Positions 21,049-30,382 of a stretch of 64,000 nt of DNA are shown piece by piece; within the stretch, counting starts at the first letter, position 1, and every line of letters starts with the position of its first letter. Origin of the DNA: Myxococcales bacterium (lineage in GTDB: Bacteria; Myxococcota_A; Polyangia; Polyangiales; Polyangiaceae); NCBI GenBank assembly GCA_043747615.1, contig JAYTOU010000057.1, forward strand, positions 92,041 through 156,040, given 5' to 3'. The notes under the pieces are model-generated. The model saw only the letters and a list, made by a program, of their open reading frames with translations. It was not told the DNA's origin and searched no databases. Position numbers and translations under genes: made by a program.

Positions 21049-22539
21049 CTACGAGGACGCTGTGGGGAGCGGTACTTCCCGAGGTACGCGTACCGTCAGT
21101 CGGGCGCCTGCCGGCTTACCTTCCGACGTCTTGAGATTTTCTGCGCGCGCGCTACCGCCGTGGGTCTCGACGATCGCCCGCACGATGGCAAGACCGAGCC
21201 CCGTTCCGGATTTGGGTGCCTCCACCCGCGAGAAGCGCTCGAAAATGCTGTCGATGGCGTTCTCGGGAATACCCTGACCGTCGTCGGTCACTTCCAGGAC
21301 GAGGTCTTCGCCTTCGGCCCACAACCGAACCTTCACTGATGTTTTTGCGAAGCGAACCGCGTTCGAGAGCAGGTTCGACAGCACCTGCGTGATCCGCTCG
21401 GCGTCGACGTTGGCCTCGAGGGGGGAGGCGGGGGCGTCGAGCTGGATGGTTATGGTGGTGCCGCCGTCGATGCGCTGTGTGTCGTCGCATACATGCTTGG
21501 CGAGCGGGCGAACGTCCGTCTTGCGCCGAACGAGATCCAGCTTTCCTGATTCTATCCGCGACAAGAGAACGAGGTTCGAGGCCAAGCGGGTGAGGCGCTC
21601 GACGCTCCGTCGAACGAGGACAACGAGAAATTCCTGGTCCTTGTTGAGCTGGCCGACGTCTTTCCTGGAGAGCTCGTTGATCGCGCCCATGATCACCCCG
21701 AGGGGTGCGCGGATGTCGTGCGAGACCATGGACAAGAGGTTCACCTGGAGCGTGTGCATCCGCTGAAGGTCTTCGTACGCGCTTGCCAGGCTCGCTTCGG
21801 CCTTGCGCCGTTCGGTAAGATCGTCGAGGAGAAGAACGAAAGCGACGTGCTCTGGCCCTTCCTTCACCGACGCACCGCGGAGCTCGAGGCTGCGCGTCGT
21901 TCCATCGCGGTGGGAGAGCTGCATCACCCGAGAGCCCTCGGCGACGGCCGCGATCTCGCGAAGCTGCTCCGTCCCGAAAAAATTCTTGAGGGGAGAGCCG
22001 AGGGCGTCCTCCTCGCGCAGTCCGAGCATCTCGCTCGCGCGATCGTTGAGGCTGACGATGACCCCGTTGCTGTCGCAGATCAGCACGCCGCTCGTTCCGT
22101 GCTCGAGGATGCTGTCCAGGTAACGCATCGTGGACATCGTCACCGGCGTCAGGCGATCCGCACGTTTTTCCGAGGTGACGCGCGGCCGCCCTAGTGCTTC
22201 TTCGAGAGCGCTGACGATGCCTTTCGGATCCTCCGCGGAGCGGCAGATCACTCTCTCTCCGACGAAAGGTGCCGCATCCGTGCTTCGCGAAAGCCGCTCG
22301 AGTCGCTCACGAGACGCCAGAATCAGGAGGCCCACACTCGCGTCGATGGCACGCACCCGTTGGGCGATCCGCACTGGCCCGTCGACCCCCGGGCCGAGCA
22401 CGACCGCCTGCACCCCGCCGGCTTCGACGCGGGCAAGGAGATCCCTCGCGGTCTCTACTTCTTCAACGGGCGCGGAAAGCCCCGCCGTTTCGAGGTGAAA
22501 TGGCGAGCTTGATGGTGGCTGAAGGAGAAGGACGGTCAC
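21049..22539 (-). CDS. Cytoplasmic PAS-domain sensor histidine kinase with a degenerate receiver-like N-terminus
   Basis: PAS (GVLICDSNG..VSLN), H-box SHDIRAPL, NLLSNA, DDGQGI, GTGLGLAI. Confidence 0.9.
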   Translation of the reverse strand: MTVLLLQPPSSSPFHLETAGLSAPVEEVETARDLLARVEAGGVQAVVLGPGVDGPVRIAQRVRAIDASVGLLILASRERLERLSRSTDAAPFVGERVICRSAEDPKGIVSALEEALGRPRVTSEKRADRLTPVTMSTMRYLDSILEHGTSGVLICDSNGVIVSLNDRASEMLGLREEDALGSPLKNFFGTEQLREIAAVAEGSRVMQLSHRDGTTRSLELRGASVKEGPEHVAFVLLLDDLTERRKAEASLASAYEDLQRMHTLQVNLLSMVSHDIRAPLGVIMGAINELSRKDVGQLNKDQEFLVVLVRRSVERLTRLASNLVLLSRIESGKLDLVRRKTDVRPLAKHVCDDTQRIDGGTTITIQLDAPASPLEANVDAERITQVLSNLLSNAVRFAKTSVKVRLWAEGEDLVLEVTDDGQGIPENAIDSIFERFSRVEAPKSGTGLGLAIVRAIVETHGGSARAENLKTSEGKPAGARLTVRVPREVPLPTASS

Positions 22540-22644
22540 GATAGCTCTTCACACCGCTCTTCTGATGCCAGCCGATGGGTTGTGGTTTCCAACAAAACAT
22601 CACGCGTGGCCTATGCTTCTTGCCGTGACGCGTTTTTGGATGCC

Positions 22645-23805
22645 ATGAGAAATCGCCGGCAACCGCGGTTTTCGTGGCGTGGCGCATGGATGCTCCCGGC
22701 GACCCTGATGATCGTCCTTGCCACCGAGCCCTGGTCGCACGTGCGCGCAGCCTCGCTTCTGCTTCTTCTCTCGACGGCCGACGCCCCCACGGGATTTTCC
22801 GCGCTGAGCGGGCACGCGGTCGAGGAGGTCAGTTTCGTCCTTGAATTCCCGGGTATTCCGAGAGCGCGCGCGCGCCTCTACAAGCCGAAAGGCGTGGCGG
22901 AGCCGCCGGGGCTGGTGATCGTGCATGGCGTGCACCGCCTTGGCGTCGATGAGCCGCGGATGGTGAAGTTCGCGCGCGCCATAGCGTCTTCGGGGGTGGT
23001 CGTGCTCACACCCGAGCTGAAGGATCTTGCCGATTACCGCGTCGATCCGCGGTCGATCGAGATCATCGGGAGGGCCGCCGGCGATCTCGCAGAGCGCGTG
23101 CATCGCTCCGGGGTCGGGGTTCTAGGGTTCAGCTTCGCGGGCGGACTCTCTCTTCTTGCGGCGGCCGATCCCCTCTATGCGCCGAGCATCTCGTTCGTTG
23201 CCGCCGTGGGTGCGCACGACGATCTCTCGCGGGTCTCGCATTTTTTCGCCACGAACGAGATCTCCGATGCCGATGGCCGCATGCTTCACCTGACCGCCCA
23301 CGACTACGGGCTCCTCGTCCTCGTCCACGCCCACGCGGAGGATTTCTTCGCGCCGCAAGATACGGACGGCGCGCGTGACGCTCTCCGCGCGTGGCTCTGG
23401 GAAGACCGTGACGCCGCCCGCGTGGGCGCAAAAGCTCTCAGCGCCGCTGGGCAGGCGAAGCTCGCGCTCCTCTTCTCGCCTCGTTCGGGAGAGATCGGGC
23501 CTGAGATTCTCGCGGTGCTCGGCCGCCACGAAGGCGAGATGGCCGCCGTCTCTCCGCACGGTCATCTCGGAGGCGTGCACGTTCCCGTGTATCTGCTCCA
23601 CGGTGCAGGCGACACTGTCATTCCGCCGAGCGAAACGTCGTGGCTCGCGCGGGACGTGCCGCAGGCCTGCTTGAGGAGCGCGCTCATCAGTCCGGCGATT
23701 TCTCACGTAGAGCTCGGCGGCGAGCCCAGCGTGCAGGAGCACTTCGCCCTCGTTCATTTCATGTCTGGTCTTCTCGACGAGATGGCGAGCGAACGTATGC
23801 GTTGA
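22645..23805 (+). CDS. Exported or membrane-anchored alpha/beta hydrolase
   Basis: VIVHG, nucleophile elbow GFSFAG, LLHGAGDTVIP, ISH; hydrophobic N-terminus. Start uncertain. Confidence 0.75.
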   Translation: MRNRRQPRFSWRGAWMLPATLMIVLATEPWSHVRAASLLLLLSTADAPTGFSALSGHAVEEVSFVLEFPGIPRARARLYKPKGVAEPPGLVIVHGVHRLGVDEPRMVKFARAIASSGVVVLTPELKDLADYRVDPRSIEIIGRAAGDLAERVHRSGVGVLGFSFAGGLSLLAAADPLYAPSISFVAAVGAHDDLSRVSHFFATNEISDADGRMLHLTAHDYGLLVLVHAHAEDFFAPQDTDGARDALRAWLWEDRDAARVGAKALSAAGQAKLALLFSPRSGEIGPEILAVLGRHEGEMAAVSPHGHLGGVHVPVYLLHGAGDTVIPPSETSWLARDVPQACLRSALISPAISHVELGGEPSVQEHFALVHFMSGLLDEMASERMR

Positions 23806-23826
23806 CGGCTCCGCCAGCCGCTTCGA

Positions 23827-24432
23827 TCAGTCTTCCCAGTGCCACTTTTCGGAGGTCACCGTGCGCCGGAAACGATGCCCACCGGCGTGGCTCGCGAGCC
23901 AGCGATAGACGCCCGGATCGCTCGTATTGAGGTCGAGCGCTTTGCCGCTCTGGTGATTGGAGAAGCCTGGATGCGCCGCAAGATTCCCGGTTCCCGCTCG
24001 GTACGCGGAGTAGAGCTCGCGTTGCCGAGTCATCGTCCGAAAGCCGCTGACGACGCGTAGGTCGACGCCGTCGGCGCGGGCGGCGGCTTTGAGCGCCTGG
24101 TAAGAGGCGGCGGTGTGAACCTCGACCAGCTTGCCTTCGACGCTCGTCACGCAAATGGAGATCTCGACACCACGGCGGTATCCATGGGTGTTCGTGCACG
24201 CGCTGAGGGCGTCGGCGGAGGTGCCCGGAGCTGCCGGATCCTGCGCGGCGTCGAGCTGCTGATCGCCATCGGTGTCGGCCGTGGGCTCTTCTCCGTCTTC
24301 GCCCGTGCTCGTTGCGCCGGCCGCAAGCTCCGCGGCCGTGATCCCGTCGCTCTCGCTGGACCCACTACCAGACGCCGAGCATGCGTTGAGGACGACAAGA
24401 CCGAGTGCAGCGGGGACGAGACGAAAGCGCAT
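23827..24432 (-). CDS. M15B (VanY-like) D-Ala-D-Ala/LD-carboxypeptidase lipoprotein
   Basis: Lipobox LNAC, acidic linker, SGFRT..RQ, SNHQSGKALD, EKWHW. Confidence 0.87.
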   Translation of the reverse strand: MRFRLVPAALGLVVLNACSASGSGSSESDGITAAELAAGATSTGEDGEEPTADTDGDQQLDAAQDPAAPGTSADALSACTNTHGYRRGVEISICVTSVEGKLVEVHTAASYQALKAAARADGVDLRVVSGFRTMTRQRELYSAYRAGTGNLAAHPGFSNHQSGKALDLNTSDPGVYRWLASHAGGHRFRRTVTSEKWHWED

Positions 24433-24444
24433 GTTCTCTTACAA

Positions 24445-24460
24445 TGCATTCCTCCTGCCA
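24445..24460 (-). promoter_or_regulatory. Putative sigma-54 promoter of the M15 peptidase gene
   Basis: Minus strand TGGCAGGAGGAATGCA (GG-N10-GC), immediately upstream of the ATG at 24432. Confidence 0.45.
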
Positions 24461-24718
24461 ACCCAACAGGCCCACGAAAGGCATCCCAAACCCGCCAAAG
24501 ACGCAGGCCTGGAATAATTTTCCGCGCGCGTCCGGGATCGCGCGAAGCCAGGTGGTGGATTAGTCGCCCAGTCGGTCGGCGGCTTTCTCGAGCGCGTCGC
24601 GCGGATTTTCGAGCACAGCGGTGCCATGCGCAACGCACACCCCACGCAGCCCCTCGGTGCGAGCCATCGCGCGCAGCCAACCCTGAAAGAGCGCGCGCTC
24701 CTTGAGGAGACGTGGCCA

Positions 24719-25681
24719 TCACCGTCGGGGTTGCGCTGCTGGCGCGCTACTGGATTCGGGATCGAAGCGAGCACGCGTCTCGAGGAATCGTTCAATCTCC
24801 GGGATGACGTCCCCCGGCCGTTCGATCATCGCAAAGTGGCTCGCGCGCTTGAGGCGGAGGTGAGTGGCGTTCGGAAGGCGGCGGGCGATTTCGTGCGACT
24901 GAAATGCGGGAGTGAGGACGTCGAACTTCCCGCTGATGACGAGCGCCGGCGTTTGGATGTACGGCAAGAGGTGGTAGACGGAGTGCGCGTCGAGCTCCTG
25001 AAAAAGACGCATGTAGTTCGGAAAGCTCGGACCGAGTACGTCGTCGTAGTAGCGGCGAAGAAGAGGCCGCACGTCCTTGCTGCGTGAGCCGAGAGCCACC
25101 CGAAGCGCGGCCGCCGTGGGGAGCTCGAAGAGGCGGGTGACAGTCGTCAGCGTCTTGGCGAGCTCAGGATGCTTCTGCAAAAATTCGATGACCGCGTGAA
25201 GGCGCTTCGGCAAGAACGGCACGGCAAAAAGAGGCTGAAACCCCGTTTGCAGAACGTGCCCGTAGGTGCCGTTGATGAGCACGAGACCAGCGACGAGCTC
25301 AGGACTGGTCGCCGCCACGTCGAGTGAAACCTGAACGCCCATGCTCCACCCGATGAGCACGGCGCGCCCGACGCTCTCCGCGCGCAAGATGGCCTCGGCG
25401 TCCTCGACGTGATGACTCAGCGCAAGGCGCCGGCTTCCCGTGGCGACCGTCGCGGAGTCGAACAGCCCGCGGTAGTCCCAGGTGATCAGGCGATGCGTGC
25501 GCCAAAACTTGTCGATGAGCGGCTGCCACGCGTAGAGTCGGCCGCCCAGGCCGTTGGCGAGAAGGAGCGTCTTCGTTCCTTCGCCGAGCACTTCGTAAGC
25601 GATGGTCGTTCCGTCAATCGAGACGGTCTTGCCCGGCCGAAGCGTCTTCTGCCATTCGGCTGCGGGCGCGGCGTCGACCAT
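24719..25681 (-). CDS. Alpha/beta hydrolase
   Basis: LANGLGG, WDYRG, GWSMG, ISGKFD, ASHF. Confidence 0.88.
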   Translation of the reverse strand: MVDAAPAAEWQKTLRPGKTVSIDGTTIAYEVLGEGTKTLLLANGLGGRLYAWQPLIDKFWRTHRLITWDYRGLFDSATVATGSRRLALSHHVEDAEAILRAESVGRAVLIGWSMGVQVSLDVAATSPELVAGLVLINGTYGHVLQTGFQPLFAVPFLPKRLHAVIEFLQKHPELAKTLTTVTRLFELPTAAALRVALGSRSKDVRPLLRRYYDDVLGPSFPNYMRLFQELDAHSVYHLLPYIQTPALVISGKFDVLTPAFQSHEIARRLPNATHLRLKRASHFAMIERPGDVIPEIERFLETRARFDPESSSAPAAQPRR

Positions 25682-25685
25682 GCCT

Positions 25686-25961
25686 CTAGTTTGGGGCGGC
25701 CGTGACGATCCGGAAATAGATTTTTCGCGGTGCTCCGCAGGTCACGCAAACCACGTGCGCTGTGCGGAGCCGCTCGCCTTCGATGGTGTCCGCCGTGTGC
25801 TCGTCGACGCGCATCGAGCCCCCGCAGAGCGGACAAGGCATCGAGCGAGCCTGGAGCTCGACCAGCGACGCGGAGCTGATTTCCAGTGGATTTCGCGCTG
25901 TGCCGCCCACTTCGGCTCGGGCAAGGCGCTCCCGCTCACGGATCACTTTGGCGGCCGCCAT
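25686..25961 (-). CDS. Small zinc-ribbon-like hypothetical protein
   Basis: 91 aa with CPLC and CVTC; ends 4 nt upstream of the hydrolase start, suggesting a shared operon. Confidence 0.65.
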   Translation of the reverse strand: MAAAKVIRERERLARAEVGGTARNPLEISSASLVELQARSMPCPLCGGSMRVDEHTADTIEGERLRTAHVVCVTCGAPRKIYFRIVTAAPN

Positions 25962-25990
25962 GAGCCGTGCGCTTTGCGGTAAGGTCGGGC

Positions 25991-27196
25991 ATGGACTTCT
26001 CTCTCCCTGCGCACCTTGGTCCCGTCCTCGAGCAGATTCGCGCCATCGTGGATCAGGACGTCATTCCGCTCGAAGGCGAGCTCGCTCGTCTCGGTAGCTT
26101 CAAGGCCCTCGAGCCGGCGCTCGAAGCGGTCCGCGCGAAAGTGAAAGAGAAGAAGCTGTGGGCACCGCAGCTCCCCAAAGAGCACGGCGGAATGGGTCTC
26201 ACGTTGATGGAGCACGCGCGGGTGAGCGAAGAGCTCGGCCGAACGCCGCTTGGTCATTATGCGTTCAATTGCCAGGCACCCGATGCCGGGAACATGGAAA
26301 TTCTCATCGCCCACGGCTCGCCGGAACAGAAGGAGCGCTTCCTCGGCCCCGTCTCGCGCGGGGAAGCGAGGAGCTGTTTTTCGATGACCGAGCCCGACGT
26401 TCCCGGATCGAATCCCACATGGCTGACGACGACGGCGCGAAAAGAAGGAAACGAATACGTCATCGACGGCCACAAGTGGTTCACCTCATCCGCCGACGGC
26501 GCCGCCTTCGCGATCGTGATGGCCGTGACCAACCCCGAGGCCGATCCCCACATGCGCGCGAGCCAGATCATCGTTCCTTTGAGCACCAAGGGCTTTCGTC
26601 TGGTGCGAAACATTTCAGTCATGGGCGAGGCGGGTGACAGTTATTCGAGCCACGCCGAAGTGGTCTACGAAGGATGCCGCGTTCCTTTGACGAACCTCCT
26701 CGGCGGGGAAGGGTCGGGGTTCGTCATCGCCCAGGAGCGCCTTGGCCCGGGACGGATCCACCACTGCATGCGCTGGATCGGGATCTGCGAGCGGTCGTTC
26801 GATCTGATGTGCAAGCGTGCCGCTACGCGGGAAATGTCTCCCGGAAAAACGCTCGGGCAGAAGCAGATCATTCAGATGTGGATCGCCGAGTGCCGTGCCG
26901 AGATTCACGCGTCGCGCCTGATGGTCCTCCATGCCGCCTGGAAAATGGAGCACGAGGGGGCCTACGCCGCGCGTGAAGAAATTTCGCTCATCAAGTTCTA
27001 TGTCGCGAACGTCCTTCAGAACGTCGTCGATCGCGCCATCCAGGTGCACGGCGCGCTCGGGATGACGGACGACACGCCCCTTGCCCATTTTTACCGGCAC
27101 GAACGGGCCGCGCGGATCTACGACGGCGCCGACGAGGTGCACAAAGTGGTGGTCGCCAAGCGCATCCTCCGAGGCTACGGGGTCACCGTGTCATGA
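25991..27196 (+). CDS. Acyl-CoA dehydrogenase (ACAD10/11 / LvaC-like subgroup)
   Basis: FNCQAPDAGNME, FSMTEP, GHKWFTS, AQERLGPGRIHHCMRWIG, AIQVHGALG, RIYDGADEVH. Confidence 0.93.
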   Translation: MDFSLPAHLGPVLEQIRAIVDQDVIPLEGELARLGSFKALEPALEAVRAKVKEKKLWAPQLPKEHGGMGLTLMEHARVSEELGRTPLGHYAFNCQAPDAGNMEILIAHGSPEQKERFLGPVSRGEARSCFSMTEPDVPGSNPTWLTTTARKEGNEYVIDGHKWFTSSADGAAFAIVMAVTNPEADPHMRASQIIVPLSTKGFRLVRNISVMGEAGDSYSSHAEVVYEGCRVPLTNLLGGEGSGFVIAQERLGPGRIHHCMRWIGICERSFDLMCKRAATREMSPGKTLGQKQIIQMWIAECRAEIHASRLMVLHAAWKMEHEGAYAAREEISLIKFYVANVLQNVVDRAIQVHGALGMTDDTPLAHFYRHERAARIYDGADEVHKVVVAKRILRGYGVTVS

Positions 27197-28260
27197 CCGA
27201 GGTCGAGCTCGACAAGACGCGAGCAGTGCGCGCGGGCGAAGAGCTCGACGTGCCGAAGCTCGAGGCGTTTCTGGCGAAGGAGATCGCCGACGTTGCCGCG
27301 CCGATCGTCGTCGAGCAATTTCCGGGAGGGCACTCTAATCTGACGTACTTGGTAAGCGACGCGCGCGGCCGCGAGCTCGTCCTTCGCCGTCCGCCGTTCG
27401 GAAATCGGGTGAAGACGGCGCACGACATGGGTCGCGAGTACAAGATCCTGTCGAAGCTCTCGGTGGTGTATCCGCCCGCGCCGCGCCCTCTGGCGTACAC
27501 GGAAAACGCTGAAATTCTCGGGTCGCCGTTCTATGTCATGGAACGCATTCGGGGGGTCGTTCTTCGCCGAGGATCGCCAGTCGTGCTCACGACCCAGACG
27601 GCGCGCGCGCTGTGCGAGTCGTTCGTGGACAACCTCGTTCTCCTTCACGCCGTCGACCCAGCGGCCGCCGGGCTGGGCGATCTCGGGAAGCCCGAGGGCT
27701 ACATCGCGCGGCAAGTGACGGGGTGGACCAAGCGGTACGCAGACGCGGCCACCGACGACATCCCGGAGATGAACGAGATGGCGACCTGGCTCGCCGCAAA
27801 CCTCCCCGCAGACGGCCTACCGGCGATCATTCACAACGACTACAAGTTCGACAACCTCGTCCTCGATGCCGGCGATCTCACCAAGATCCGCGGCGTCCTC
27901 GACTGGGAAATGTCCACCCTCGGGGATCGTCGCATGGATCTCGGGACCGCCCTCGGTTACTGGGTCGAAGCGGGTGACGCCGAGGAGATTCGCTCGTTCG
28001 CCTTCGGGCCGACGAACCTTCCCGGGTGCATGACGCGTCGGGAAATCGTGGACCGCTACGCCGACAAGAGTGGGGTCGACGTCTCGAACATGCTTTTCTA
28101 CTTTGCCTTCTCGCTCTTCAAAACGGCCGGCGTCGCTCAGCAAATCTACTGGCGCTACAAACAAGGGCTCACCAAGGACGAGCGCTTCGGTGCCTTCATC
28201 CTCGGTGTGCGCGTCCTCAGCGCTGCCGCGGTGCAAGCGGTTGCACGCGGGGGCATCTGA
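27193..28260 (+). CDS. APH-family phosphotransferase (resembles the ACAD10/11 N-terminal domain)
   Basis: QFPGGHSNLTY, VLRRPP, AHDMGREY, HNDYKFDN, LDWEMSTLGD. ATGA overlap with the ACAD gene. Confidence 0.92.
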   Translation: MTEVELDKTRAVRAGEELDVPKLEAFLAKEIADVAAPIVVEQFPGGHSNLTYLVSDARGRELVLRRPPFGNRVKTAHDMGREYKILSKLSVVYPPAPRPLAYTENAEILGSPFYVMERIRGVVLRRGSPVVLTTQTARALCESFVDNLVLLHAVDPAAAGLGDLGKPEGYIARQVTGWTKRYADAATDDIPEMNEMATWLAANLPADGLPAIIHNDYKFDNLVLDAGDLTKIRGVLDWEMSTLGDRRMDLGTALGYWVEAGDAEEIRSFAFGPTNLPGCMTRREIVDRYADKSGVDVSNMLFYFAFSLFKTAGVAQQIYWRYKQGLTKDERFGAFILGVRVLSAAAVQAVARGGI

Positions 28261-28263
28261 CTC

Positions 28264-28613
28264 TCACATTTTCACGAGATCGACGCCCACGCGCGCACCG
28301 CCCTCCGCCGCCGCTCTTTTGCCGGGCAAACTCCTTCCCACCCGAACGCGGCTGGGGAGCTTTACCAGACGACCCATGTCGCGTAGCGCAGATCCCTACC
28401 GAGCCAAGCGCCCGCCCGTCTTGCTCGACAGGCACGGTGATCTTGGGAGCATCGCAGCGAGCGATTCCGGCCGCGCCGATCTCCATGCCAGCACTGTCGG
28501 AGAGCGTGAGGTCTACATCGAGATCCTCCGCCGTCGACTGAGCGAGCTTCGAGCGCGCGCCACGCTCACTCCAGCTCGCCGCTGATGGCGTGCACCAGCC
28601 GAAACCCGACCAT
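28264..28613 (-). pseudogene. Possible decayed remnant of a sensor histidine kinase
   Basis: One frame reads SWSERGARSKLAQSTAEDLDVDLTLSDSAGMEIG...PVEQDGRALGSVGICATRH (sensor-domain-like). Another ends EGGARVGVDLVKM* (HATPase C-terminus-like). No H-box or ATP lid. Similarity is from recall only. Confidence 0.3.
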
Positions 28614-28809
28614 CGCTCTAACCTCCTCGAGGCGCGACATGCGCCTGACGAGGAGAGACAATGGGCTCCCGCTGTCAACGTTGTACGAAGAGAACTGTGA
28701 AGAAGTGTTAGACCAGTTTCATTCGGTAAAACTAGCGTATTTACAGGATGCCGGGTCCGCCACCTTGCCAACGCCGGTGTCGCAGGCGAACCGCAGGCGC
28801 CACCTGCGG

Positions 28810-29322
28810 CTACGAATGTGAGCTCGGCGCATTTTGGGGCGGCTTCACGGCTTCCCGAGTCATTTCGAGCATCGTGGTCCGGAAGCCGAAGGAGGCAAAG
28901 AGGTGCTGCGCTTCTTCATTTTGCGCGGCCGTGAGAAGGACTACGCGCGGCGCTCCGAGCGCTTCGAGGTCGTGGACGGCGCGCTCGAGAAGTCGCCTTC
29001 CAACGCTCTGCCGGCGGGCGTTCGGGTCGACGTAGATGTCGTGAATCTTTCCGCAGCTCTCGAGGAGATCGTTCCAGTTGCGAGGCTCGATGCGCGCGTA
29101 CACGTAGCCGCACAATTTCCCGTCTGCTTCTGCAGCGAGGAGGACGACGCCCTCGGATCGAAGCTCGCCGGTGAGGTAGCGCTCGTAGCCTTTCTCGAGC
29201 CCGTCCACGCACAAGAATCGCTTGGGGTCGATCGCGTAATGAAAGCGCACTAGCTCGGCGGCAAACCGCGCAATCGTGGACAGGTCTTCGGCGCGCGCAG
29301 CTCGGATCGAAACGTCGCTCAT
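28810..29322 (-). CDS. GNAT-family N-acetyltransferase
   Basis: IRAARAEDL, IHDIYVDPNARRQSVGRRLL, NEEAQHLFASFGF. Start at the ATG at 29322. Confidence 0.88.
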   Translation of the reverse strand: MSDVSIRAARAEDLSTIARFAAELVRFHYAIDPKRFLCVDGLEKGYERYLTGELRSEGVVLLAAEADGKLCGYVYARIEPRNWNDLLESCGKIHDIYVDPNARRQSVGRRLLERAVHDLEALGAPRVVLLTAAQNEEAQHLFASFGFRTTMLEMTREAVKPPQNAPSSHS

Positions 29323-29446
29323 GCGACCTGCGAAGATACGCCTATTCGGGCGAAGAGTGCTTGAAGCGTCATGTCGATCGCGCGCTGGTACAGACGCACG
29401 ACCATAAGTCGGCTCGTGCCCTAATAACGGGCAGCCGAAACGGACC

Positions 29447-30382
29447 TTACAGTTGCGAAACGCCCGCAATTTCTAGGTCGTCGGCGACCACGGGTAGCTG
29501 CGCGATTGCGGCATTCGCTTGCCGGGTGCCCCGCGCCACCATGCGGCGATCGCGAATCTTGGCGGGCGGCGTCTCGAGATCCCACACCAGGCCGACGACG
29601 CCGAGGGCGCGCAGGATGTAGTAGCTCATGTCGATTTCCCACCAGTAAAAGCCCTGTCTCGCAGACTTCGGGAAGTAGTGGTGGTTGTTGTGCCAGCCCT
29701 CACCCATGGTGAGGAGCGCGATCGACAGGCTGTTTTTGCTTTCGTCGGTGGTGGCATAGCGGCGATTGCCGAGCCAGTGGGCAAGCGAGTTCACGAAGAA
29801 GGTGCCGTGCCACAGGAACGATGTGGAAACGAAGTACCCCCACACGAGCGCCCACGGTCCGCCGATCGCGAAGAGGGCCACGGTGAGCACGAGCGTCGGC
29901 AGGAGATGAAAGCGGTTGAGGAAGCGGAGCTCGGGGTACTTCGCAAAATCCTTGATCTGGTCCCACTCGGTCTCGTTGTACGTGCGCGCGAGAATCCAGC
30001 CGACGTGCGACCAGAGGAAGCCGCGGAGCTTCATGGAGTGAATGTCCTCCGCTTTGTCGGAGAACTTGTGATGGTGGCGGTGATGAGCCGCCCACCACAG
30101 AACGCCTTTTTGCGTGCTGGTAGTGGCGAGGAAGGCCATGAGAAATTGCATCACGCGCCCCATCTTGTAGGAGCGATGCGCAAAGTAGCGGTGGAAGCCC
30201 GCCGTGATTCCAAACATGCGCAGGTAGTAGAAGAGGGCAGCAAACGCCGCGCCCTTCCAAGACCACCCGAGCCACGCCACACCGATGATCGCAGCGATGT
30301 GAACGGCGAAGAACGGAATCGCCGCGAACCAATCGATTCGATCCGCTCTCCGTTCGCCCGGTGCCGCTTGTTCTATGGACAT
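29447..30382 (-). CDS. Acyl-CoA (delta-9-type) fatty acid desaturase
   Basis: His boxes HRYFAH, HRHHH and HNNHH; NSLAH, GEGW, WWEID. Confidence 0.93.
   Translation of the reverse strand: MSIEQAAPGERRADRIDWFAAIPFFAVHIAAIIGVAWLGWSWKGAAFAALFYYLRMFGITAGFHRYFAHRSYKMGRVMQFLMAFLATTSTQKGVLWWAAHHRHHHKFSDKAEDIHSMKLRGFLWSHVGWILARTYNETEWDQIKDFAKYPELRFLNRFHLLPTLVLTVALFAIGGPWALVWGYFVSTSFLWHGTFFVNSLAHWLGNRRYATTDESKNSLSIALLTMGEGWHNNHHYFPKSARQGFYWWEIDMSYYILRALGVVGLVWDLETPPAKIRDRRMVARGTRQANAAIAQLPVVADDLEIAGVSQL

Noticed and set aside
23827..24432. Vancomycin resistance (vanY)
   Set aside because: An isolated M15B peptidase with no vanHAX or vanRS genes.
27193..28260. Aminoglycoside resistance kinase
   Set aside because: The motifs and the coupling to an acyl-CoA dehydrogenase indicate the ACAD10/11-associated subgroup.
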